A stretch of DNA of 24,000 nucleotides from Halorussus limi (GTDB taxonomy: Archaea > Halobacteriota > Halobacteria > Halobacteriales > Haladaptataceae). The notes below the pieces were generated by a model that did no database searches, was not told the origin of the DNA, and saw only the letters and a program-made list of their open reading frames with translations. This document shows, in pieces, positions 7,379-14,445 of the stretch. The position numbers and the translations under genes were made by a program. Every line of letters begins with the position of its first letter. Within the stretch, counting starts at the first letter, position 1. The DNA lies in the NCBI RefSeq assembly GCF_023238205.1, contig NZ_CP096659.1, positions 1,791,626-1,815,625 of the forward strand, read 5' to 3'.

Positions 7379-9385
7379 CTATATCCCGGTCAGGTCGAGG
7401 TAGCCATCCTCCGGGATGTCGCCGTCGAGCATGTAGAGGTACTCGTTGCTCTTCTGCGGGCTCGGACCCCGGTTCACCAGCCCGACATCCATCAGGGTGG
7501 AGAGGAACTGTCGGACGCCCTGTGGGCTGTCGTGCGTGCCGGATACGCTGACGATCTCGGTCGCGGACGACGCCGGGTTCTCACGGAGGTAGTTAACGAC
7601 GGCCTTCTGCTTCTCGGTGTACTTCGTCGGGGTGCTGATCGTGGTGTCCACCATCCCGTCAGGAATCATCGACGTGCGGACGAACACGAGTGCCCGAGGA
7701 GAGTCGTCTTCACGTGCGTACCGACCGATCGCCTGAGCGGTACTGTTCTTCCGGACTGCGTCAAGGATTTTCTTGGCTTTGTCGGCGTCGGGACCTTCGA
7801 ACGCACGGCCGACTCGCTCGGGGTTGCCTTCACAGACGGGGCATTCGTCGCCGCCGCAGTCAGGGCCGCACAGCGTCAACGGTGCGGCGTCGAGACCACG
7901 GGCCGCCAGCAGGTCGAGGACGTAGTCGTCGCCCGGGTCGATGGAGTGGGTGACGTAGCCGAACTTGTGGTGGGAGAACGCGCCGTTGCTTTTCGTACTC
8001 CCACGGGGCATGACCTCTTCGCCGTCGACGAGCTGTTCGACCATCGGCTCCATCGCGTTCGTGGAGATGACGGATTCGAAGTCGTCACCGTACTTGTAAC
8101 GGAGCATCTCGAGCGTGATTTTCTCGGCCGTCTCGTCGACGTTGTGGGTCACGGCGTAGTCCGAGGAGGCGGGTTTGGCCCCGGTGCCGATCTGGACGAC
8201 TTCCAGCCCTCGCTCGTTGACCCGCCACTGGGTGAACGCCTCGTCGTCGATGAACGTGTCGAACTTGATGCCGTCGCCGATGTTCATCCGCCACTCGTGG
8301 ATCGACGGCCAGGCGTCGAGACAGATGATGCTCCGAGCGTTACCCATCTCGGGGATGTCCCAGTACGCTTGCGGCCGGTTCTCGTTGTCGACGACGACCG
8401 TGATTCGGTTGCGACTGTAGCGGAAGTCATCGTCGTCGTTCGCGTCGAATCGGGAGAGTTCGTTGACCGCATATCCAGACCGCCGGCCGTGCGACCCGGG
8501 CTCGTCGTTGAGTGCCCGGTACATGGCCTTGGTGAGTGCAGGCGCCAGTGTGTGGGCGGAGTCGTTCTCGATGAACCAGTCGGGGTCGATCTGGGGTGGG
8601 TCGTCGAGCACCTCGTAGAGCGATTCGAGCCCATCGTCGGCCATCGTGACGAACATTTCCCACGTCTTCACGGGGGCGTCGATCTTCTTGAGCCACGCCG
8701 TGACGATGTCCTGGAACTTCGCCCGTGTCATGTCGTCGTTGTTCCGGTCTCCGATACTCCGCTTGAAGCTGGGGAGCTCGTCCCAGATCATGTTCACGTC
8801 CTGGACCAGGCTCGGGACGTAGGCGAAGTTGTGCTGGGCGTGGACGACGTCCACGGCCGGGTCTCCGTCGTCGTCGCGAGGAATGTCCGACCACTGTTCG
8901 ATGGAGGGGCACGGACAGCACGGAAGGTCGCCGTCGTTGTAGTCTTCGAGGTACTGGTGAGTCTTGCTGAGCGTGTTCCCCGACTCCTCCATCTGCTTGT
9001 GCATCCACTCGCTTGCCGGCTCACCAGTCGGAGTGTTCACGACGCCGTCGTAGTCGCCACTGTAGGTGTTGCACGCTTCGCCGCGGCCCAGGAGACGGTG
9101 GTAGTCGATGTCGTGAGCGTTGCTCTTCCTGACCGCTTTGTCCCGTGCGTCGGTACTGTAGTGGAGGTGGACGACGGGCTCGTCGCCAGTGGCGTGGGGG
9201 AGCTCCGTCCAGTTGGTCGTCGCACCGTTGTACGTTTTCCCGGTTGAGGTAGGTGCGACCATCACCGTGAACGCCCCATTCGACATGTATTCACGGATCT
9301 TTCTCGTGAGCTTCGACTGGAGCTCTTCGGTGGTTGGCCAACCGGAGTCGTTAGAAAGTACATCTAGCCCGGTCGCCAGCGACAT
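7379..9385 (-). CDS. SF2-helicase-like P-loop NTPase with a Cys cluster and C-terminal winged helix; putative replication protein of the element
   Basis: 668-aa ORF. Motifs: Walker A (VAPTSTGKT), Walker B-like (MIWDELP), helicase motif VI-like (QAIGRYAR), a Zn-like cluster (CGPDCGGDECPVCEG), and a C-terminal wHTH-like stretch (KQKAVVNYLRENPASSATEIVSVSG...LSTLMDVGLVNR). Its start overlaps the RHH stop (TAATG). Confidence 0.8.
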   Translation of the reverse strand: MSLATGLDVLSNDSGWPTTEELQSKLTRKIREYMSNGAFTVMVAPTSTGKTYNGATTNWTELPHATGDEPVVHLHYSTDARDKAVRKSNAHDIDYHRLLGRGEACNTYSGDYDGVVNTPTGEPASEWMHKQMEESGNTLSKTHQYLEDYNDGDLPCCPCPSIEQWSDIPRDDDGDPAVDVVHAQHNFAYVPSLVQDVNMIWDELPSFKRSIGDRNNDDMTRAKFQDIVTAWLKKIDAPVKTWEMFVTMADDGLESLYEVLDDPPQIDPDWFIENDSAHTLAPALTKAMYRALNDEPGSHGRRSGYAVNELSRFDANDDDDFRYSRNRITVVVDNENRPQAYWDIPEMGNARSIICLDAWPSIHEWRMNIGDGIKFDTFIDDEAFTQWRVNERGLEVVQIGTGAKPASSDYAVTHNVDETAEKITLEMLRYKYGDDFESVISTNAMEPMVEQLVDGEEVMPRGSTKSNGAFSHHKFGYVTHSIDPGDDYVLDLLAARGLDAAPLTLCGPDCGGDECPVCEGNPERVGRAFEGPDADKAKKILDAVRKNSTAQAIGRYAREDDSPRALVFVRTSMIPDGMVDTTISTPTKYTEKQKAVVNYLRENPASSATEIVSVSGTHDSPQGVRQFLSTLMDVGLVNRGPSPQKSNEYLYMLDGDIPEDGYLDLTGI

Positions 9386-9672
9386 TATTCTCCCCCGAGT
9401 TTGCGTTCGAGCTCCATCCGCTCGTCAAGACGGTCTTGGAGGAAATGGCTGAGATTGACCCGCTCTTCGTACAGGAACTCATCGAGATTCTCACCTATGC
9501 GAATCGCCTTACGCTCCATAGGGGCCTGGCGTTTTTTGCGGCTTGATGGAAACTCCTCCCCCTCCTCATACCACGTTTTGATTTTATCCCTGGCCCACGA
9601 GCTGAAGTTGAGGTGCGTATCTTCGACGAAAGCCGCTTGGTCCTCACGTATCGTAACAGATTTCCGAACCAT
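9385..9672 (-). CDS. Tandem ribbon-helix-helix (CopG/Arc-like) DNA-binding protein
   Basis: 95 aa with two RHH-like modules: KSVTIREDQAAFVEDTHLNFSSWARDKI and KAIRIGENLDEFLYEERVNLSHFLQDRL. It is translationally coupled to the helicase gene. Confidence 0.75.
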   Translation of the reverse strand: MVRKSVTIREDQAAFVEDTHLNFSSWARDKIKTWYEEGEEFPSSRKKRQAPMERKAIRIGENLDEFLYEERVNLSHFLQDRLDERMELERKLGGE

Positions 9673-9940
9673 GTGTCTGTGTTCATACGTAGTTTATTGT
9701 ATTACTTATAATTATTTTATATATCATATCATGTTTGGTTGGTAGAGTGGTATTCTACTTCAGTAGTTACATGTATTCCCGGATGGATTAAAGGACAGAA
9801 TCCACCGTTTACCTCCCCAGAGGATTGATTGCTACCCAGCCGGCGGATTCTGGTCCTGGGGACTATTTCCCCATATGGATATTGACACCTAGAAATTATA
9901 ATTATTCTGGTATACCACCATACTAGGTGATTAGACAATG
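9673..9940. promoter_or_regulatory. AT-rich control region upstream of the RHH-helicase operon: promoter, and possibly the replication origin
   Basis: Hand count gave 27-35% GC at 9661-9780. TATAAAATAATTATAA lies on the minus strand ~35-50 nt upstream of the RHH ATG. A perfect 11-bp direct repeat, TTATAATTATT, occurs at 9706-9716 and 9896-9906. Small palindromes are present (GTAGA-N7-TCTAC, GGATT-N9-AATCC, CCATATGG). Confidence 0.45.
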
Positions 9941-10131
9941 GATACAGGTGATTTTAACTGTTTGCAGAGATGTTTTGAAGCCGCTCACCCCAGGGGTAGC
10001 AGACCGGAAACTGTATTTATTTCCCTGACATTACTCCGGGCGGCGGCCCGACCCACCTCCAGCACGAACGCGCTTCGATTTACCCCGGTACGTTCACGCT
10101 TCGAGGGCTCCGGGGTATTCCACCAGAGCAG

Positions 10132-10149
10132 ACATGCCACCAGCAACGG
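10132..10149 (-). repeat. Motif copy C (minus orientation): CCGTTGCTGGTGGCATGT
   Basis: The plus strand reads ACATGCCACCAGCAACGG. It lies 12 nt from the LAGLIDADG stop codon. It shares a contiguous 17-mer (TGCCACCAGCAACGGCG) with copy D. Confidence 0.85.
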
Positions 10150-10161
10150 CGGATCGCTCCG

Positions 10162-10656
10162 TCAGGGTTGGTCTGCATCCTCGATTACCGCGATGAGCTC
10201 GTCCGCCGACAGGGACGACGGCGCCGACATGTAGTTGATGTCGTCCTTCAGCTGGACGAGTTCCTCCAAGTCGGACTTTGAGAGGGAGTAGCCCGGTTCA
10301 AGGATGTCAAGGGCCTCCGACCAAGTCTCGAACGCCTCGTGTTTCTTGGAGGTGGTGAAGAGGGAACCGCTGGCGACGTGCTCCTCAATCAGCTCACGCA
10401 ACGTGTGACGTTCGTCTCGGCTCGACAACACCCATCGGTATCCTTTGCTGTCGCTCGTCACCGAACCCAACGCGAACCGAGAACGAAATTGATTGAGGAG
10501 GTCTTCTTCATACACACCCATGGTAAGTGAGAAACGCGGGCCGATGTCGAGGTTGTACGCGTACCGGTCGTCGACAGTAGTCGTTAGGTAGAAACTTCCC
10601 TCCCCGGCAATGAATCCGAGGGTGAACGCCAATGACTGATTGTCTAACGCCGTCAT
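10162..10656 (-). CDS. LAGLIDADG-family homing endonuclease, single-motif (homodimer-type), free-standing
   Basis: 164 aa from the ATG at 10656 (MTALDNQSLAFTLGFIAGEGSFYL). LGFIAGEGSF matches the LAGLIDADG motif with the terminal acidic residue as Glu. The size is similar to I-CreI-type enzymes. The longer GTG start at 10770 only adds an unconvincing N-terminal extension. Confidence 0.7.
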   Translation of the reverse strand: MTALDNQSLAFTLGFIAGEGSFYLTTTVDDRYAYNLDIGPRFSLTMGVYEEDLLNQFRSRFALGSVTSDSKGYRWVLSSRDERHTLRELIEEHVASGSLFTTSKKHEAFETWSEALDILEPGYSLSKSDLEELVQLKDDINYMSAPSSLSADELIAVIEDADQP

Positions 10657-10887
10657 CACAGGGTCTCCGGACGGAGTGTATGGAACGTCAACCGACGTAA
10701 GTTTTAGCCTCGGTGGAATCACTAACCGCTGATAAATTCTGGGGAGATTTACTGCTATAAGAAATCCCACCTAAAACCCTGGTTTTTGGACGAGGTTTTA
10801 TCTGTCTGTAAAAGCCGTATAAGCACTTCTCATGCCCTGGCACTTTGGCGAATGAGGAAGTTCCAGTCGCCGAACTGTGGTGATGTA

Positions 10888-11232
10888 ATGGCTCAATCAG
10901 ACTGCAACACAGCCGTCGTGATCGACGTCGACACAGACGAGTCGACCGGACAAGGGGTCGCCGAGTTCAAAGAACGGCTTGCAGATGAACTCGCAGAGGA
11001 TTATGATTACTACATCGACGACGAATCACCGATTTACCTCGCTGAGGACATCATCTCTCAGACCCTTGTCGACACGATGGAACTGGTTTGTGCAGACATC
11101 ACCGCACGAACACTACTCGATTGGATAAAGGACCGATCAGAGCAAGAGGGTGAAACGTACATAGTCAACCAGTTTCACCAACTCCGATTTACCGAGATTC
11201 GGATTGAGAATCAAGAAGACGACCGGACATAA
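10888..11232 (+). CDS. Hypothetical acidic protein, divergent from the LAGLIDADG gene
   Basis: 114 aa from the ATG at 10888 (MAQSDCNTAVVIDVDTDE...). Composition is acidic and halophile-like. The TTG-start extension in the track looks non-coding. No family was recognised. Confidence 0.5.
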   Translation: MAQSDCNTAVVIDVDTDESTGQGVAEFKERLADELAEDYDYYIDDESPIYLAEDIISQTLVDTMELVCADITARTLLDWIKDRSEQEGETYIVNQFHQLRFTEIRIENQEDDRT

Positions 11233-11261
11233 TCGTTCTCGGAGCAAGCCACCACACGCCC

Positions 11262-11279
11262 ACGTGCCACCAGCAACGG
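11262..11279 (-). repeat. Motif copy D (minus orientation): CCGTTGCTGGTGGCACGT
   Basis: The plus strand reads ACGTGCCACCAGCAACGG. It lies 29 nt after the stop of the 10888-11232 gene. Confidence 0.85.
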
Positions 11280-11636
11280 CGTCTTGACCAACGTGGGGTT
11301 AGAGACCAAGGGAGGGAGTCGTGGCCTCGTATTCTTCACAAAACTCCTCCTCGCCGTACCGAGTGTAGAGCGCGACCATGTCGCCGTTGGTGTTCTCGTG
11401 GAGCGCGGTGATGGTGTCGTGTGGACAATGTTCTAGTCGAATCACGACGTGAAGCGGTAACCGACGTCGTGATTACATGACATCGTTCTGCGACCGGAGT
11501 TGGTCATATTTCCGTCCGTGTACCACGTAGCATCTTCCAGAGACGTCTACGTGAACACTTAACATAATCGACCGTGAAGAAACACGACAGACCTTCGATG
11601 CCTTTGGTCGACAAGACGGAAAGATGGTGAAATACG

Positions 11637-12518
11637 ATGGCTGAAATCGGTGCCCAATGGGACGCCATCGGCCCTTGGTGGGACGATTACGTACAAGAAC
11701 AAGAGAGAGGTCTGATTGAGCTTCGAGAGTTGCTGGAAGAGCTCAATCAGACGTGGAAACAGAGCGGAAGCAAGTTCGACGAAGATCCACTGATAGGCGA
11801 TTGGTCAGAGACGAGTCCGCAAGCTGGTCCACTGCGGACAAACCAAGAGGAAAACTGGTCGCAGTGGCTGGCTCATCTTCTTCGGGACTCAACGGGGGAA
11901 TTCTCCGCCAAGTTACTTGACTCCCACTTCGACACCGCTCCCACTCACGTTCGTTGCGAGCGCGCCTACCACGATGAAGAGCTCCACGATCGACGGGTAG
12001 ACATACTCGCGGAGTTCGGGAGCCAAGGCGTGACGATTGAGGTCAAAATAGGGGACGAGCACTACGAGAAGACGCCACAGACGGCGTACCTGACGGAGAA
12101 GCACCACCAACGAAATCTGGACTGGACACACTATCTGCTTCTCCCAGACTCAAGAGAAGATGCGCTACAAGACGCTTTTAGCGAACGACTGACTGACGAC
12201 GAAAATCGTGAGCCAACAATTACCGCCACGGTGCCGGAAGAACGGGAAATAACTGTCATCTACTGGTCCGAGGTTGCACAAGCCCTCCGCAGAACGCTTC
12301 TCGCCGACATCGAACACAGTACGCACTGGGCCGCGAGCGCCTACCTGTTCACCACGCTAATCGAAGAGCAGATTCTTCAGCTTTACGCGCTTCCCTCGCT
12401 GGAAGACTACCGTACCGCGTCGATCAGTATTTCCGACATTGAACGGCTTCAATCGATCAACCCAGACGACCAAATTCAGTATCTTGACGCCCTCTTGGAG
12501 GAGATTAACCATGGATGA
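11637..12518 (+). CDS. PD-(D/E)xK nuclease-like protein (PDDEXK_4-like architecture)
   Basis: 293-aa ORF. EENWSQWLAHLLRDS is followed by RRVDILAEFGSQGVTIEVKIGDEHYEKTPQTAYL (D...ExK...Q..Y). Its stop overlaps the start of the next gene (ATGGATGA). Confidence 0.65.
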   Translation: MAEIGAQWDAIGPWWDDYVQEQERGLIELRELLEELNQTWKQSGSKFDEDPLIGDWSETSPQAGPLRTNQEENWSQWLAHLLRDSTGEFSAKLLDSHFDTAPTHVRCERAYHDEELHDRRVDILAEFGSQGVTIEVKIGDEHYEKTPQTAYLTEKHHQRNLDWTHYLLLPDSREDALQDAFSERLTDDENREPTITATVPEEREITVIYWSEVAQALRRTLLADIEHSTHWAASAYLFTTLIEEQILQLYALPSLEDYRTASISISDIERLQSINPDDQIQYLDALLEEINHG

Positions 12519-13101
12519 AGATTTCATCACGAACGGTCTGGAATCGGATCGGTATCTGAAGGCAACGAAACTGGTTCACAGCTTTGAGTCGGAGGTGACA
12601 GAGACGATAAATCAGGTGTGTCGGGAGATTATCGATGTTCATTCCGAGCTCTTCGACGAAGACGTGGATCTCGAAGAGAAAGTGCTGGGCGCAGATGCCA
12701 GCCAAACGTTGGCGACGAACCGAACCGAGTTCGCGATGAACTTCGAAAATGAAGACGGTGACAACCCAAAGCTGAACATTGCTCTGGAATGGGTCGAACC
12801 AGGACAACAAAACGAAGAAGCTGGATTACACGGCGGCTCACTCTGCTACGCAATGTACAAAATACAACACGGATCTGAAGCTCGGTTCGAGACGGTGAGA
12901 GAATGCACAGAGTCCCAAGACAGATGGGACCAGCTCCGATTTGGAGAGGACCAGTGGTATCATTACTCGAAACACGCGCCCGGTATCGTGTACCTCCCGG
13001 TCGAAAGTGGCCAAGAGTTCGTTGACGCTCTCCAGACGCTTAGGAGGCACTTTTCGAAGGAGTACGCACCCTTGATTAGCGAACAAACCCCGTCATCGTA
13101 G
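12511..13101 (+). CDS. Hypothetical protein, translationally coupled partner of the PD-(D/E)xK gene
   Basis: 196 aa from the ATG at 12511 (MDEDFITNGLESDRYL...), overlapping the upstream gene by 8 bp. Composition is acidic. No family was recognised. Confidence 0.6.
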   Translation: MDEDFITNGLESDRYLKATKLVHSFESEVTETINQVCREIIDVHSELFDEDVDLEEKVLGADASQTLATNRTEFAMNFENEDGDNPKLNIALEWVEPGQQNEEAGLHGGSLCYAMYKIQHGSEARFETVRECTESQDRWDQLRFGEDQWYHYSKHAPGIVYLPVESGQEFVDALQTLRRHFSKEYAPLISEQTPSS

Positions 13102-13291
13102 TTCCGTAGCTCGGTTTGAGCCTCGGGAGGTTACTGGGGTTGAGCCGGTGCGAGAGCCGACCTCCGACGCGCGCGCATGCCAACAGTAACACTAGAATGC
13201 CGAAGGGCGTTGAGCCCAATCAGCGTGTAACGTACTCCAAGACCTCTGGTCGGCATGGGTTCACCCCGACGTCGCGGTCGGTGGCTACCAG

Positions 13292-14293
13292 TCAGATGCC
13301 GTTGAGATATTCTCTCCGTAGCTCCATTTTCTCTCGTTTAGTCCGTTTGTCGTAGTGTTTGTCGAGTACGTTGCCGCTCATATCCAGCCGTTCAGATGCG
13401 ACCTCTTTCGGAACATCCTGCTTCCGAAGTGCTGTCGCTGCACCTTTACGGAGCGCGTGGGGTGCAACGCTCGACGGACACTTGCTGGCGGTGTTGTAAC
13501 TCGTCGCTTCACACTCCTGGAGATCCCGATCGTGTGGACACTCGTTCGTGTAGTGGCATGGACGCGTAACTGTGTAGATATTCCGCTGGATTGTCGTGTA
13601 GTGGAGGCGACCTTGCGTCCCACCAAGTAACGGCATCCGTCCGTACTCGTCCTCGACGTATGGGTGATGCATATCGAGGAAGGCGTCAAGGACCGAGGCA
13701 ACGTCGTCGTTGATGTACACGTCGCGCTCGCTCCGCTCTTTATTCTTGAGCGGTGTTTCTTCATCTGGTCTGTGTCGCAGCGAGAGTACGTTCGCCCGAT
13801 TGTCGTAGTCGCCGATGTCTAGACCCGTTAGGGCACTTGCTCGCATCCCCGTGTGCCAGAGGATGTAGAAAGCGGTGTGACGAAGCGTCGCGTACTCGTA
13901 GTCTTCGCAGTATTCGAGAATCATCTCCGCTTCTTTCTGGAGGATGTGCACGTCACTCACGTCTTCACCCAGTTGTATCGTTGGGAGCCGGATTTTTCGG
14001 CCGACGCCTTTTGGGGCGACGTTGATGTCTTCGCAGAACTCGACGAACTGACGAACAGTACTCAGGTGGTTCTTGACGGTCACTTTTGCTACGTCGCCCA
14101 TTAGCCATTGTTTGAACTCTTGGAGTAGGCTTCCGGTGATTTCGTTCATGTCGTCGAGTCCGACCTCGTCGGTCCAGGTGAGGAATTTGTCGAGTCGGTA
14201 CTTGTGGTTCTGAGCGGTTGCCGCGGCGAGTTCTTGCTGCACTTCAGCTAGGTATTCGTTGACCGCTTCTCGCGGTGACGTTGGTTCGAGCAT
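13292..14293 (-). CDS. Tyrosine recombinase / phage-type integrase
   Basis: 333-aa ORF with an N-terminal SAM-like core-binding region. Catalytic signatures: HTGMRASAL (Arg I), HALRKGAAT (HxxR), and VLDKHYDKR (Tyr). A Cys/His-rich insertion (CHYTNECPHDRDLQEC...KC) precedes box II. The gene is intact, so it is not a split SSV-type integrase. Confidence 0.9.
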   Translation of the reverse strand: MLEPTSPREAVNEYLAEVQQELAAATAQNHKYRLDKFLTWTDEVGLDDMNEITGSLLQEFKQWLMGDVAKVTVKNHLSTVRQFVEFCEDINVAPKGVGRKIRLPTIQLGEDVSDVHILQKEAEMILEYCEDYEYATLRHTAFYILWHTGMRASALTGLDIGDYDNRANVLSLRHRPDEETPLKNKERSERDVYINDDVASVLDAFLDMHHPYVEDEYGRMPLLGGTQGRLHYTTIQRNIYTVTRPCHYTNECPHDRDLQECEATSYNTASKCPSSVAPHALRKGAATALRKQDVPKEVASERLDMSGNVLDKHYDKRTKREKMELRREYLNGI

Positions 14294-14336
14294 GGTTGTC
14301 TCCGCAACGCTCTGTGGGTGGGGCTGTACGGGATTC

Positions 14337-14353
14337 CGAGGCCGGAGGCCGAG
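14337..14353 (+). repeat. Hairpin-containing repeat, copy 1: CGAGGCCGGAGGCCGAG
   Basis: 16/17 identical to 14424-14440. It contains a GGCC-GGA-GGCC mini-hairpin and lies between the integrase start and the tRNA fragment. Confidence 0.6.
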
Positions 14354-14423
14354 GTGTGGACGACGCTGAGGGCTTCGCCCGTGGATGCTGAACGCCGGGG
14401 TGCTCGCGGTTGCTGAAAGTGAG

Positions 14424-14440
14424 CGAGGCCGAAGGCCGAG
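14424..14440 (+). repeat. Hairpin-containing repeat, copy 2: CGAGGCCGAAGGCCGAG
   Basis: Direct repeat of 14337-14353, 87 bp away. It lies immediately upstream of the tRNA-like fragment. Confidence 0.6.
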
Positions 14441-14445
14441 CGAAC

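Noticed and set aside
7259-9247. 662-aa plus-strand ORF covering most of the helicase gene
   Set aside because: It is R/V/G/D-rich low-complexity sequence with no motifs. It is antisense to a gene that has clear Walker A/B and helicase motif VI, so it is a typical shadow ORF of high-GC DNA. The same applies to the other nested ORFs in 7690-9225.
9938-10234. 98-aa plus-strand ORF between the AT-rich region and the LAGLIDADG gene
   Set aside because: It runs through motif copy C and into the 3' end of the LAGLIDADG gene. Its composition is Arg/Ser/Ala-rich and it has no motifs.
5486-11275. The motif contains GCTGGTGG, the E. coli Chi sequence
   Set aside because: Chi acts through RecBCD, which archaea lack. 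Copy A has GTTGGTGG instead. I treat this as coincidence.
5478-11279. Canonical integron (attC) interpretation of the motif
   Set aside because: I could not find the imperfect-palindrome attC structure or the GTTRRRY/RYYYAAC cores around any copy. There is no IntI-type integrase with an adjacent attI, and the cassette genes are not uniformly oriented relative to the motif. I keep only the looser idea of cassette borders.
13292-14293. SSV-type integration with a split integrase gene
   Set aside because: The integrase ORF is intact, with all catalytic signatures, and lies wholly on the element side of the att fragment.
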